Assembly (NCBI GenBank): GCA_048885925.1
Contig: JBHLLG010000001.1
Location: forward strand, 323,998 to 387,997
Direction of reading: 5' to 3'
Length of the DNA: 64,000 nt
Source of the DNA: Candidatus Hermodarchaeota archaeon
GTDB lineage: Archaea; Asgardarchaeota; Lokiarchaeia; Sigyniarchaeales; SOKP01
The position numbers and the translations under genes were made by a program. How positions within the stretch are numbered: the stretch's first letter is position 1; each line of letters opens with the position of its first letter. Of this stretch, positions 10,190 through 18,858 are shown piece by piece. Below the pieces are notes generated by a model. The model made no database searches and was not told the DNA's origin. It saw only the letters and a list, made by a program, of their open reading frames with translations.

Positions 10190-10290
10190 AAATCAAAATA
10201 TAGGAAAAGGAGGAAAAAGTTTAGATAAATGGCTTCTCGAATGACCACACCTAAATCTCTATTCCTCCATTCTATATTACTTTTTTTTAT
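10190..10290. repeat. Conserved structured 3' element, copy 2
   Basis: AAATCAAAATA..GGAGGAA..TTCTCGAATGACCACACCTAAA..TTCCTCCATTCTATAT..T-run, homologous to 6487-6590. Confidence 0.8.
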
Positions 10291-10349
10291 TTTTAAAGTT
10301 TGTTAATAAATTTAAAATGGATCTATCAAAGTAAGAACAACTATTTTTA

Positions 10350-11180
10350 CTAATTATATTTAAAAATTAACTCATTTTTAAGAAATAGTTCTAATTTAGC
10401 GTTACACGCAATAAAAGGAAATTTTACATTTATTGATAAATCTGTATTAATTTCTTTTCCATCTAAAGCAAAGATTTTACCTCCTGCCTCATTTAAAATT
10501 AAGATTCCAGCAGCTACATCTACTAGTCGATTACTCTTTCTCAGATTAATGAAAGCCTCTAAACGACCACTTGCTACAAGACATAAAGTTAAAGCGCTAC
10601 TTCCTAAAATTCTTACTCGATAAAATTTACGAATGATGGGACTTAATTTTTGTAAATTCTCCATTAGATTTTTCATTGGTAGATTAAGCTCAAAATAACA
10701 ATTTTGTGAAAGATCTAAATCAGAAACATGGATTTTTGAATCATTAAGGAAGGCTCCATTTCCTTTTTTTGCCCAATACATATCTTTAGTGTTAAGATTA
10801 AGAACAACAGCTTTTTTTATGTCATCAACTTTTTTACCAACTGCATAAGCTAATGATACAGAACAGTATGGAATACCTTTAACGGCATTATTTGACCCAT
10901 CTAAAGGATCAACAATTAAGACATCCAGATTCTCTTTTGCTTTCTCTGCATCTCCAATATATTTTTCGCCTAATTCTTCACTTATTAACAGTAAATTCAC
11001 ATTCGCTTTTTCTAAAGTCTCAACTATAATATTTTCAGCAACAAGGTCAATATTCATTGAGATATCTCCGCCTGCACCTCTTTTGGATTTTATAGCAGCC
11101 TCTTTTGTTCCCATTAGAGGATTTACTTTTTCAAATACATTTAAAGCAAGCTTTTTCAAGAAATCAATATTAAGTTCCAT
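10350..11180 (-). CDS. suhB: Inositol monophosphatase / FBPase (SuhB family)
   Basis: LISEE, IVDPLDGSNN, RILGS, DVAAG..I..EAGG motifs. Confidence 0.9.
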   Translation of the reverse strand: MELNIDFLKKLALNVFEKVNPLMGTKEAAIKSKRGAGGDISMNIDLVAENIIVETLEKANVNLLLISEELGEKYIGDAEKAKENLDVLIVDPLDGSNNAVKGIPYCSVSLAYAVGKKVDDIKKAVVLNLNTKDMYWAKKGNGAFLNDSKIHVSDLDLSQNCYFELNLPMKNLMENLQKLSPIIRKFYRVRILGSSALTLCLVASGRLEAFINLRKSNRLVDVAAGILILNEAGGKIFALDGKEINTDLSINVKFPFIACNAKLELFLKNELIFKYN

Positions 11181-11265
11181 AAATGATAAACTCTAAAATA
11201 GTTCAATCAAGTAATAAAAAGTAACTAAATATTTTACATTTCTTAATACTGAAAAATTTACTTAA

Positions 11266-11994
11266 TTATTTTCCTAAAATCTTATGCTTTTCAATTATCC
11301 ATTTATCTACAATTAGTTTTTGAGATTCTTTTTTTTCATTAGCATCATATTCACTATATATAGTGCTTTTCGGTATCCAAAATTCTTCTCCAGAATCCAA
11401 AATAATCAATAATGCTTTTGGGCTTTCAACTTTAATTTTTGCTTTGATTTCAAGTGGTTCTCTCGAATCACTAAATTCTGTAGTTTCAACAATATGTAAT
11501 CCATCTCTAGCTGTAATATGTTCTGTAAACACCCTATATTCTTCTTCCTCATCTATCTCTACTGTCTCTTTTACTCTTTTTTTAATAGTACCACTTGTAG
11601 CAAATTCAATTTTCTCTTTTAATATGTGATCTAACAACAAAGTCAGGAAATTCAAATTTGGAAATCGGATTTTTTTGTTGTAATCGCCTATCTTAATACG
11701 CAAAACTTGACGAGATTCATCTTCCCATCCAACATAAATTTCTGTTTTTCTTTCTTTAAAAACGTGATAACCTCTCCAGTTAGCAGTTCTTCTATTTAAA
11801 ACCTCTAAAATACATATAATCTCTTCAATAGTTAATCTTACTGTCTTTCCCTCTTTCTCAGAGATTTTCTCCCAAGAGTGATCTTCCTTTCTGCTTATAC
11901 AACTTAGAAAAATATAGGGAACTTCTTTTGACGGACTTGTAATAATCACACTTGTTTTTTGTCCAAAGAATGTTTTGGTATGAAAATCTGCCAA
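11266..11994 (-). CDS. Hypothetical protein, possible nucleic-acid binding (Whirly/PC4-like N-domain plus small beta C-domain)
   Basis: Long ORF; fold assignment is inference from residue pattern. Confidence 0.6.
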   Translation of the reverse strand: MADFHTKTFFGQKTSVIITSPSKEVPYIFLSCISRKEDHSWEKISEKEGKTVRLTIEEIICILEVLNRRTANWRGYHVFKERKTEIYVGWEDESRQVLRIKIGDYNKKIRFPNLNFLTLLLDHILKEKIEFATSGTIKKRVKETVEIDEEEEYRVFTEHITARDGLHIVETTEFSDSREPLEIKAKIKVESPKALLIILDSGEEFWIPKSTIYSEYDANEKKESQKLIVDKWIIEKHKILGK

Positions 11995-12179
11995 TAGAAT
12001 GCACTTTGATAGATTTTAATAAATAACAACTTATTAGTTATGAAACTTATATTAATTTATTGATTTAAATATGATTAATCAAGGATCTTGTTTCTATAAA
12101 TAAAATTTTGAAATAAGTAAAAGTTTTATTAAATTTGATTTTATGTAACTACAAATTAATTCTTTTTATATGATTTGAA

Positions 12180-12923
12180 ATGAAAAATAAAGAAGAAATT
12201 GAAAAGAAGATTCAAATAAGTGGTTCAGGTGATTTTACAGAATTCGAAGAACATATAAGCATTACGGGATATGCTGAAATTTCTGGTGGAAAAACAGAAA
12301 AATCTATGAGAATATCTGGTTCAGGAAGTATTAATGGAGATTTGGAATGTAATGGTCTTACATCTTCAGGTAAAGTTAAAGGTTCAGGAAACTTTACGTC
12401 TCATGCGGATATAAGTAGTTCAGGCTCATTCAATATAGCTGGATTTCTATATGGAAACGCAGATGCTGATTTTTCTGGTTCTACAGAAATAGGAAATCTT
12501 GTTAATATTCAAGGATCTTTAATTGTATCAGGTTCTTTTAAAGTAGGACATTTCGTAAGAGGAGAAGAAGGGATTAGATTGTCTGGTTCTTCAAATATTA
12601 ATGGAAATTTATCTTCTGAAAAAGATATAAAGGTTGATGGATCAACTTATATTGAAGGAAATGTAGTTGGTGAAAATGTTCTTTTTGGTTTTACTGAAAA
12701 GACCAAGAAAAAACAACATTATAAAGTTCATGGAAGTATACATGCTAAAAGTACTGTAAATGTCGTAAAAATCCATGTAGATGGAGATATTAAAGGTAAA
12801 GACATAACAATAGGGAGAGGATCAGAAATTCTTGGAAATATTTACTATGTTGATAATATTGATATTGGTAAAAAAGTAAAATTGACTTCTGAACCAAAAA
12901 AAATTAAGTTAGATGAGTTATAA
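12180..12923 (+). CDS. Polymer-forming cytoskeletal (bactofilin-like beta-helix) protein
   Basis: Repeated ISGSG/INGDL/IEGNV beta-helix motifs. Confidence 0.75.
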   Translation: MKNKEEIEKKIQISGSGDFTEFEEHISITGYAEISGGKTEKSMRISGSGSINGDLECNGLTSSGKVKGSGNFTSHADISSSGSFNIAGFLYGNADADFSGSTEIGNLVNIQGSLIVSGSFKVGHFVRGEEGIRLSGSSNINGNLSSEKDIKVDGSTYIEGNVVGENVLFGFTEKTKKKQHYKVHGSIHAKSTVNVVKIHVDGDIKGKDITIGRGSEILGNIYYVDNIDIGKKVKLTSEPKKIKLDEL

Positions 12924-12947
12924 ACTATTAATTAACCTTATTTTTAA

Positions 12948-13253
12948 TTACATTAATTCTATTTCTACAAGAACAGATTCAGGGATTTGAATTTTCATTA
13001 TAAGATGCATACTTCTCTCATTGGCGATTATTTCGAATAAACGTTTATGAATACGCATCTCAAATTTTGCCCAAGTACTAGTCCCTTGACCACTTGGTGC
13101 CTTTCTTACAGGTACTCGTAATCTCTTGGTGGGAAGAGGAATTGGACCATTTTTGCGAATACCCTGAGATTTACAAACACCAATAACTTGATCGCATACT
13201 GATTGTAATGCGTCTAATTGGGTGGATGACAATCGTATGCGAGCTTTTTGTAT
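12948..13253 (-). CDS. rps10: 30S ribosomal protein S10 (uS10), probable ATA start
   Basis: (M)QKARIRLSST...GPIPLPTKRLRVPVRKAPSGQG..W..FEMRIHKRL; GGTGAT SD 5 nt upstream of ATA. Confidence 0.95.
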   Translation of the reverse strand: MQKARIRLSSTQLDALQSVCDQVIGVCKSQGIRKNGPIPLPTKRLRVPVRKAPSGQGTSTWAKFEMRIHKRLFEIIANERSMHLIMKIQIPESVLVEIELM

Positions 13254-13728
13254 TGTTTATCACCGATAAAATTTATTTAATATATACCGTCAAATCTTAA
13301 ATTAAATCCAATAATGCAATATCGAAAATTATTCCTATTAAATAAATTTTTTTATCTAATTATCAAAGAGCTATTTGAATAATGTCAAGTAAATCCCAAA
13401 AAGAGAAAATAGATTATAAATATACTCTCCCTACATAATTGCTAAATCTTCCGTTTCTACATTAGAGATTATTATTATTCCAAATTAAGGGTATGAAGAA
13501 TAAAATCATGTTAAATTATAAATAGGGTTTAAGACAATAATTTCTGTACATAAATTCTATTTTTTATTACAACCAATAAAATATATCTAACTTCTGTTAT
13601 ATGTGAGCTTTATTCAATTTCTGATATAATTACATATTCATGATTATTCTATAAATCACCAAAAACGTTAAATAGAACACTCAATAATTAGTTTATAAAA
13701 CTATCTATTCAAACCTAGTGAAATCATA

Positions 13729-14667
13729 ATGAATTCTAATCGGAGTATGAAAATGAAAATTATAATGGTTGTTATATTCATTTTTGCCTTAGTACCTAGT
13801 TTTAATAACAATCTTAATAATAAAAATAGTGATACGATTAATTTAATTAATGAAAATGTGAAAAGCTCTTCAGTATCTGAAAGAATTCATATAAATGGTA
13901 ATGTAGGGTGGCTTAATTTTAAAAATGACGGAAAATGTTCAGGACAAGGCACTTATTCAGACCCTTATGTCATAGAAGATTTGATTATTAATGGAAGCGG
14001 TTCTGGAAGCTGCGTGTTCATAGAAAATTCCGATGTCTATTTTAGAATTGAAAATTGTACCTTCTTTAACTCAGGAAATGGAGAAATTGATTCAGGAATT
14101 AAGTTGAGTTATGTTTATAATGGATATATTGTCAACATTACCTCATACAATTGTAGAAGCGGGATATTTTTATCTTATAGTGATAACAATACCATTATAG
14201 GAAATATATTTCTTAATAATTTTTATGGGATCCTTATCGAATACTCTGATAACAATCTTTTTTATCTCAATAATATTGGAGGTTTTATTACTATATTTTT
14301 TAGTTATTCAACTTTTACATTTAACTCACTTAAAAAAATGCTCTACACATATCAGGATCAAAACTATACCAATTATCTAGGAAATTACTGGAGCGATTAT
14401 GATGAACCTGATAGAGATAATGATGGAATTGGAGACTGGAACAAGCATGTCCTTGCATTCGAAACCGGTTATCATCTTTATGACTATTATCCGTTGATGG
14501 AACCCACTCGGAATTATGAAATTCATAAAATCGTGGAATCGGAAGAAGAAACTAATGGAGAGAAAATTTCTGGATACAGTCTATTATTTCTTATAGGGAT
14601 CAGTTGCACAGTAGTAGTCTTTATATTCAAAAGATTAAAGGAGCAATATAAATTTAATTCTAAATAA
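13729..14667 (+). CDS. NosD-type parallel beta-helix, membrane-anchored protein
   Basis: GQGTYSDPYVIEDLII, GIFLSYSDNNTI repeats, GNYWSDY..D.D.DGIGD, C-terminal TM. Confidence 0.8.
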   Translation: MNSNRSMKMKIIMVVIFIFALVPSFNNNLNNKNSDTINLINENVKSSSVSERIHINGNVGWLNFKNDGKCSGQGTYSDPYVIEDLIINGSGSGSCVFIENSDVYFRIENCTFFNSGNGEIDSGIKLSYVYNGYIVNITSYNCRSGIFLSYSDNNTIIGNIFLNNFYGILIEYSDNNLFYLNNIGGFITIFFSYSTFTFNSLKKMLYTYQDQNYTNYLGNYWSDYDEPDRDNDGIGDWNKHVLAFETGYHLYDYYPLMEPTRNYEIHKIVESEEETNGEKISGYSLLFLIGISCTVVVFIFKRLKEQYKFNSK

Positions 14668-14774
14668 TTATCACATCAAAAAATGAATTTCTATTTATTT
14701 TATTTTTACGCGTTCAACAATTAAATGGTTTTATAAGCTCAAGAGGGTCTATGGATAAAAAAAATATTATCTAT

Positions 14775-15908
14775 TCATGTATTAAATCCCAATAAGAATT
14801 TATTACCAAGATTTACATTTTCAAGATATTTTTTTGCTACTTTTAAGCAATGTTCTACTTGTCTTCGTGGAGTAATTCCTAAGTCCCTCATTTGATAAGC
14901 TCCATGAAATATTAATAAACTAAAAGGGATTTCAGGGTTTATTGAACCCACAAACTCTGCAATGAGCTTAACTTCTTCATGAGTCGTATAGCCTGGAACC
15001 ATCAACGTACATGCACTTATTTCTGGCATCTCTGGCCCTCTGGATCCAAAATAATTTTCTGCTAAGAATTTGAAATTATCAAGAGTTCTTTTATTACTTA
15101 TACCGCATAAAGCAATATTTAATTTTTCATTAAAAGTCTTTAAATCAAATTTGATATTTCCTCCAGTTTTAACAGCGATTTTCATACAATTTTCAATCCA
15201 ATCTTTATTTCCAGAACCATTGCATTCCCAACAAATCCGCATAACCCTATTATTACACTTTTCAAGAATCTTATCTGCTAAATTAATTGAGAAGGGTAAC
15301 TGTGCTTCTGGAGTACCTCCAAAATAACATAAACAAGTAATTTTTGTATTTTTTACAATTTGATTAGCTAAGGTTTCAACATCAAATAAATATTTTTTTG
15401 AAAAGAGCTTATGGGAGGCATTTTGGCAAAATAAGCAGTCAAAAGTACACCCATATAGAAAAGCAGCGTAGCTATATGTGCCAAATTCAGGTCCTTTATA
15501 ATTTGAATAATCTGGATAGCCAGATGACGTACCAGCAGGGCAAAACCAGCTATTACAACAGTTAGTAGGATTAGGATCTATATATCCATGAATGTACCCT
15601 TTCGATTTTGATGGATACGGCAAGTTTCCTGAAGATCTTGCTTGAGTATTTCTTAATCCACAGTAGCTAATATCATTGTTAGATAAAGAACATTCATTTA
15701 TACATAAATTACATTTTAACTTAATGTTTGGTCTTTCTGCCTTAGGAGGTTTCTCTGGCAAATCTACAAGCTGACGGACTTGTTTATGAATATTTAATAT
15801 ATGGGGTTTAACCTCGTCCCAATCTCCTTCCAAAATGCAATTTCTGCATACTTGTAGAATTTCAGAAATTTCCCTTTCAGCTTTCCCGCAAAATTTACAT
15901 GTACCCAT
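14775..15908 (-). CDS. Radical SAM protein (PFL-activase-like) with N-terminal Cys clusters
   Basis: GCTFDCLFCQN CxxxCxxC motif; FGGTPE; KFDLK. Confidence 0.85.
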   Translation of the reverse strand: MGTCKFCGKAEREISEILQVCRNCILEGDWDEVKPHILNIHKQVRQLVDLPEKPPKAERPNIKLKCNLCINECSLSNNDISYCGLRNTQARSSGNLPYPSKSKGYIHGYIDPNPTNCCNSWFCPAGTSSGYPDYSNYKGPEFGTYSYAAFLYGCTFDCLFCQNASHKLFSKKYLFDVETLANQIVKNTKITCLCYFGGTPEAQLPFSINLADKILEKCNNRVMRICWECNGSGNKDWIENCMKIAVKTGGNIKFDLKTFNEKLNIALCGISNKRTLDNFKFLAENYFGSRGPEMPEISACTLMVPGYTTHEEVKLIAEFVGSINPEIPFSLLIFHGAYQMRDLGITPRRQVEHCLKVAKKYLENVNLGNKFLLGFNT

Positions 15909-15910
15909 AT

Positions 15911-16570
15911 TTACAACTTTTTTCTTAATATTAAGTAAGTTTGACCAGACTTTTGTTTTGGATTACTTTTTACCATAAATCCTTCAAATCCGTTGTTAAC
16001 AAATGATTTATTAAAGATTTTTAGCTCCTGTTCATCTTTAGGGTAAAACTCAATTATTATTCTTCCACTTTTTTTTAAGATTTTGTAAAGGTATTTCGCT
16101 GTGTCATTTATCAGCTTTACTTTCTCACCATAATTTTGTAATCCATGTATTATAAAATTATATGAAGATATTGATACTATATGATCAATTGAATTGACTT
16201 TGATCGGTAAAAAATTAATATCTGCTAAGATTAACTCTAAATCTTTATACTCCTCATAATCACGCTTCTTCTCTTTTGCTTTTGATAACATATCAAATAA
16301 AAGATCTATTCCAATAACTTTAAAACCATTTTGCATTAGAACTTCAGAAGAGAATCCCGTACCACATCCCAAATCTAAAATTAGATTCGTATCTCCCATC
16401 TTCTTCCCATCACTTTCATTAGTATTTAACTCTTCATCGAAAAGATACTGAATACTCAAAAATGTGGCCCTTTTTTGATTTCGAGCCATCCATTTTGAAC
16501 TATTATATTCATCAGCTTTATCATCAATATAATCATCTGGAAATATAGGAAGTTGATTTTTTCTTACCAA
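15911..16570 (-). CDS. Class I SAM methyltransferase, Bud23/WBSCR22-like
   Basis: ILDLGCGTGFS, IVSISS, EFYPKDEQE, GFEG motifs recall yeast Bud23 (from memory). Confidence 0.75.
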   Translation of the reverse strand: MVRKNQLPIFPDDYIDDKADEYNSSKWMARNQKRATFLSIQYLFDEELNTNESDGKKMGDTNLILDLGCGTGFSSEVLMQNGFKVIGIDLLFDMLSKAKEKKRDYEEYKDLELILADINFLPIKVNSIDHIVSISSYNFIIHGLQNYGEKVKLINDTAKYLYKILKKSGRIIIEFYPKDEQELKIFNKSFVNNGFEGFMVKSNPKQKSGQTYLILRKKL

Positions 16571-16687
16571 TGATGATCACAAAGGTAAAAAAAAAGCTTA
16601 TTTATATAACTGACTAAATTCAATATAACATAGTAAAAAATTATTACACTCAAATCAAGTTAAATAAAAAAATAAATAGGATTTGTT

Positions 16688-17089
16688 ATGTCCGCAAAAA
16701 GTAAGAATACTATTCTCATTGTTGACGATGAACCTGATATCGTCAATCTTACCGAGAAATTTTTGAAATTAGGGGATTTTGATACAATCACAAGTAATAA
16801 TGCAAAAGAAGCCATGAAAATGGTAGAAGAAAATTATGAAAAAATTGCTCTAATATTACTAGATATAATGATGCCTGGAAAGAGTGGATACAGCGTTTTG
16901 GAGGAGGTCAAAAACAATGAAAGGTTTAAGGATATCCTTGTAGTTTTATTTACTGTAAAGAGTTTTAATGAAGACGTTCAAAAGGGTAAGAAGCTAGGAG
17001 CTGATGCTTATATCACAAAACCTTTCTCCGGCAAAGAACTTTTGAGTAGGATAAAAGAAATTCTTGAAAATAAACAGCTGAGAAATTAA
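16688..17089 (+). CDS. Single-domain response regulator receiver
   Basis: ILIVDDE, LLDIMMPG, GADAYITKPF. Confidence 0.92.
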   Translation: MSAKSKNTILIVDDEPDIVNLTEKFLKLGDFDTITSNNAKEAMKMVEENYEKIALILLDIMMPGKSGYSVLEEVKNNERFKDILVVLFTVKSFNEDVQKGKKLGADAYITKPFSGKELLSRIKEILENKQLRN

Positions 17090-17261
17090 ATTAATTTTGA
17101 GAGTTTCAAAAATTTCATTTTATTTTTAAATTTTCTTGAATAAGACTTAACTTTTATTAAGTTTATATTTAAATATCACATCAATTAGAAAAAGCTTTAA
17201 ATATTTTTAAGAAACTTATCTTTAATATTGAAATATTAATCTTAAATAATAGAGAGAGTTA

Positions 17262-17945
17262 ATGACAATGGTATATGAAGCTGAATCTGATAGAATTCCG
17301 TTTTTCAAGCAATATTTTTCTGTTATCATATTAGTTGCAAACATAATTGTATTCATCTGGCAGATATTAGATCCCACAGGAAATATGCACATTGAGTATG
17401 CTTTCGTCCCCTCAGAGTTTTTTAGAGGGGAAGAATTATGGACGTTACTTACTTCTATGTTTATGCATGGAGATATTATACACATTATCATGAACATGTG
17501 GTTTTTTATAGTAATAACTGACAATTGTGAACACGCAATGGGACATATCACATATCTTATTACTTACCTAATATGCGGTCTTTGCGGCAGTATTCTCCAC
17601 GCTTTAAGTACCCTAATTATTCCCGTATGGGGGGACTTTTTGGCAGATATTCCTTCTTTAGGCGCTTCAGGAGCGATTTTTGGATTAATGGCTGTATATG
17701 CTGTTCTTTTTCCACATAATAAATTTTATCTTCCAGGACTGTTTATGCAAAGAATAAGTGCGGCATACTTCATAATTACATATTTTATAGCAGAATTAAC
17801 TTATGCTATAGTTTCTCTATTGGATCCTTTTGCTATTGGGCAAACTGCACATTTTGCTCACGTGGGTGGTTTCATAGCGGGTCTAATAATAGCTGGAATA
17901 TATAAAGGTGTGAAAGGTACGTCATACAAAAAGAAAAAGAAATAA
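17262..17945 (+). CDS. Rhomboid family intramembrane serine protease
   Basis: TSMFMHG..H...NM, GASGAIFG, AHVGGF. Confidence 0.92.
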   Translation: MTMVYEAESDRIPFFKQYFSVIILVANIIVFIWQILDPTGNMHIEYAFVPSEFFRGEELWTLLTSMFMHGDIIHIIMNMWFFIVITDNCEHAMGHITYLITYLICGLCGSILHALSTLIIPVWGDFLADIPSLGASGAIFGLMAVYAVLFPHNKFYLPGLFMQRISAAYFIITYFIAELTYAIVSLLDPFAIGQTAHFAHVGGFIAGLIIAGIYKGVKGTSYKKKKK

Positions 17946-18057
17946 ATTTAAATTTCCAATCTCTTCTCATTTTTTTTCATTAAATTCTATCTATAATGAT
18001 TAATTTTTAGTTTTAATCGTCTAAATGATAATATTGTGAATATTCAATTTAAAATAT

Positions 18058-18540
18058 CTATGGCGGACTGACACGGAGTATTAGAGATGACATTATGAAT
18101 CCGAAGAACCAATATAAAAAGTAGATAATCAATATGATAATTATACAAATCCCAAATTTTTTTAGTTGCGCTGGTGAGGTAAGGAACACTCCAATGAGGC
18201 CAAATACACTACCAATTAGTGTAAGAAGAGGTCCAGGAAAACTTAAATAATAAGGAGGCCCCAAAAAATTGATCATTATCGCGAATAATCCAATAAAAAA
18301 AGAAATAAGCATTCCACCGAGGTGATATTTTAAAGCTACAAGTGCTAAAATGATTGTAAACACTCCAAGTGCGATTTCACCTAGAGCAGCGAACCCCGAA
18401 GCAATATTTAAAGGAATTTTCTCTACTCCTGTGTAGATAATGAGAATTCCACCAATCAGGCATATGATCGGACCAATGATTGATAATACTATGGCGACGA
18501 TCTCTTTGGGAGGGGTTTTCGGTTCTGAGATTATATCCAC
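18058..18540 (-). CDS. Hypothetical multi-TM membrane protein
   Basis: About five hydrophobic segments. Confidence 0.7.
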   Translation of the reverse strand: MDIISEPKTPPKEIVAIVLSIIGPIICLIGGILIIYTGVEKIPLNIASGFAALGEIALGVFTIILALVALKYHLGGMLISFFIGLFAIMINFLGPPYYLSFPGPLLTLIGSVFGLIGVFLTSPAQLKKFGICIIIILIIYFLYWFFGFIMSSLILRVSPP

Positions 18541-18858
18541 CTTCCAATTAACACTTCTAAAAATTGGATTAGATTACTAGTAAAACTTAGGTTTATTTAA
18601 AGATTTTGGAATTTATTTACCTATAATTTATTAATTTTACTGGTAAATTTAATGATTTTACTGGTATTTTATTCTCTTTATTGGTAATTAGATCTTTTTT
18701 AATATAGAGTGAAAAAGTAAGAAGTAAAAATAAATATAGCTAAAATTTTTCTTTAATCATTTTCTAAAATTTTATATCTTTAATTTTCCGAGAAAATTAT
18801 TTATATAAGCACAATTTGAAAACTAATTATCAAGAATTTTTTTTAAAAGGTAAGATAT

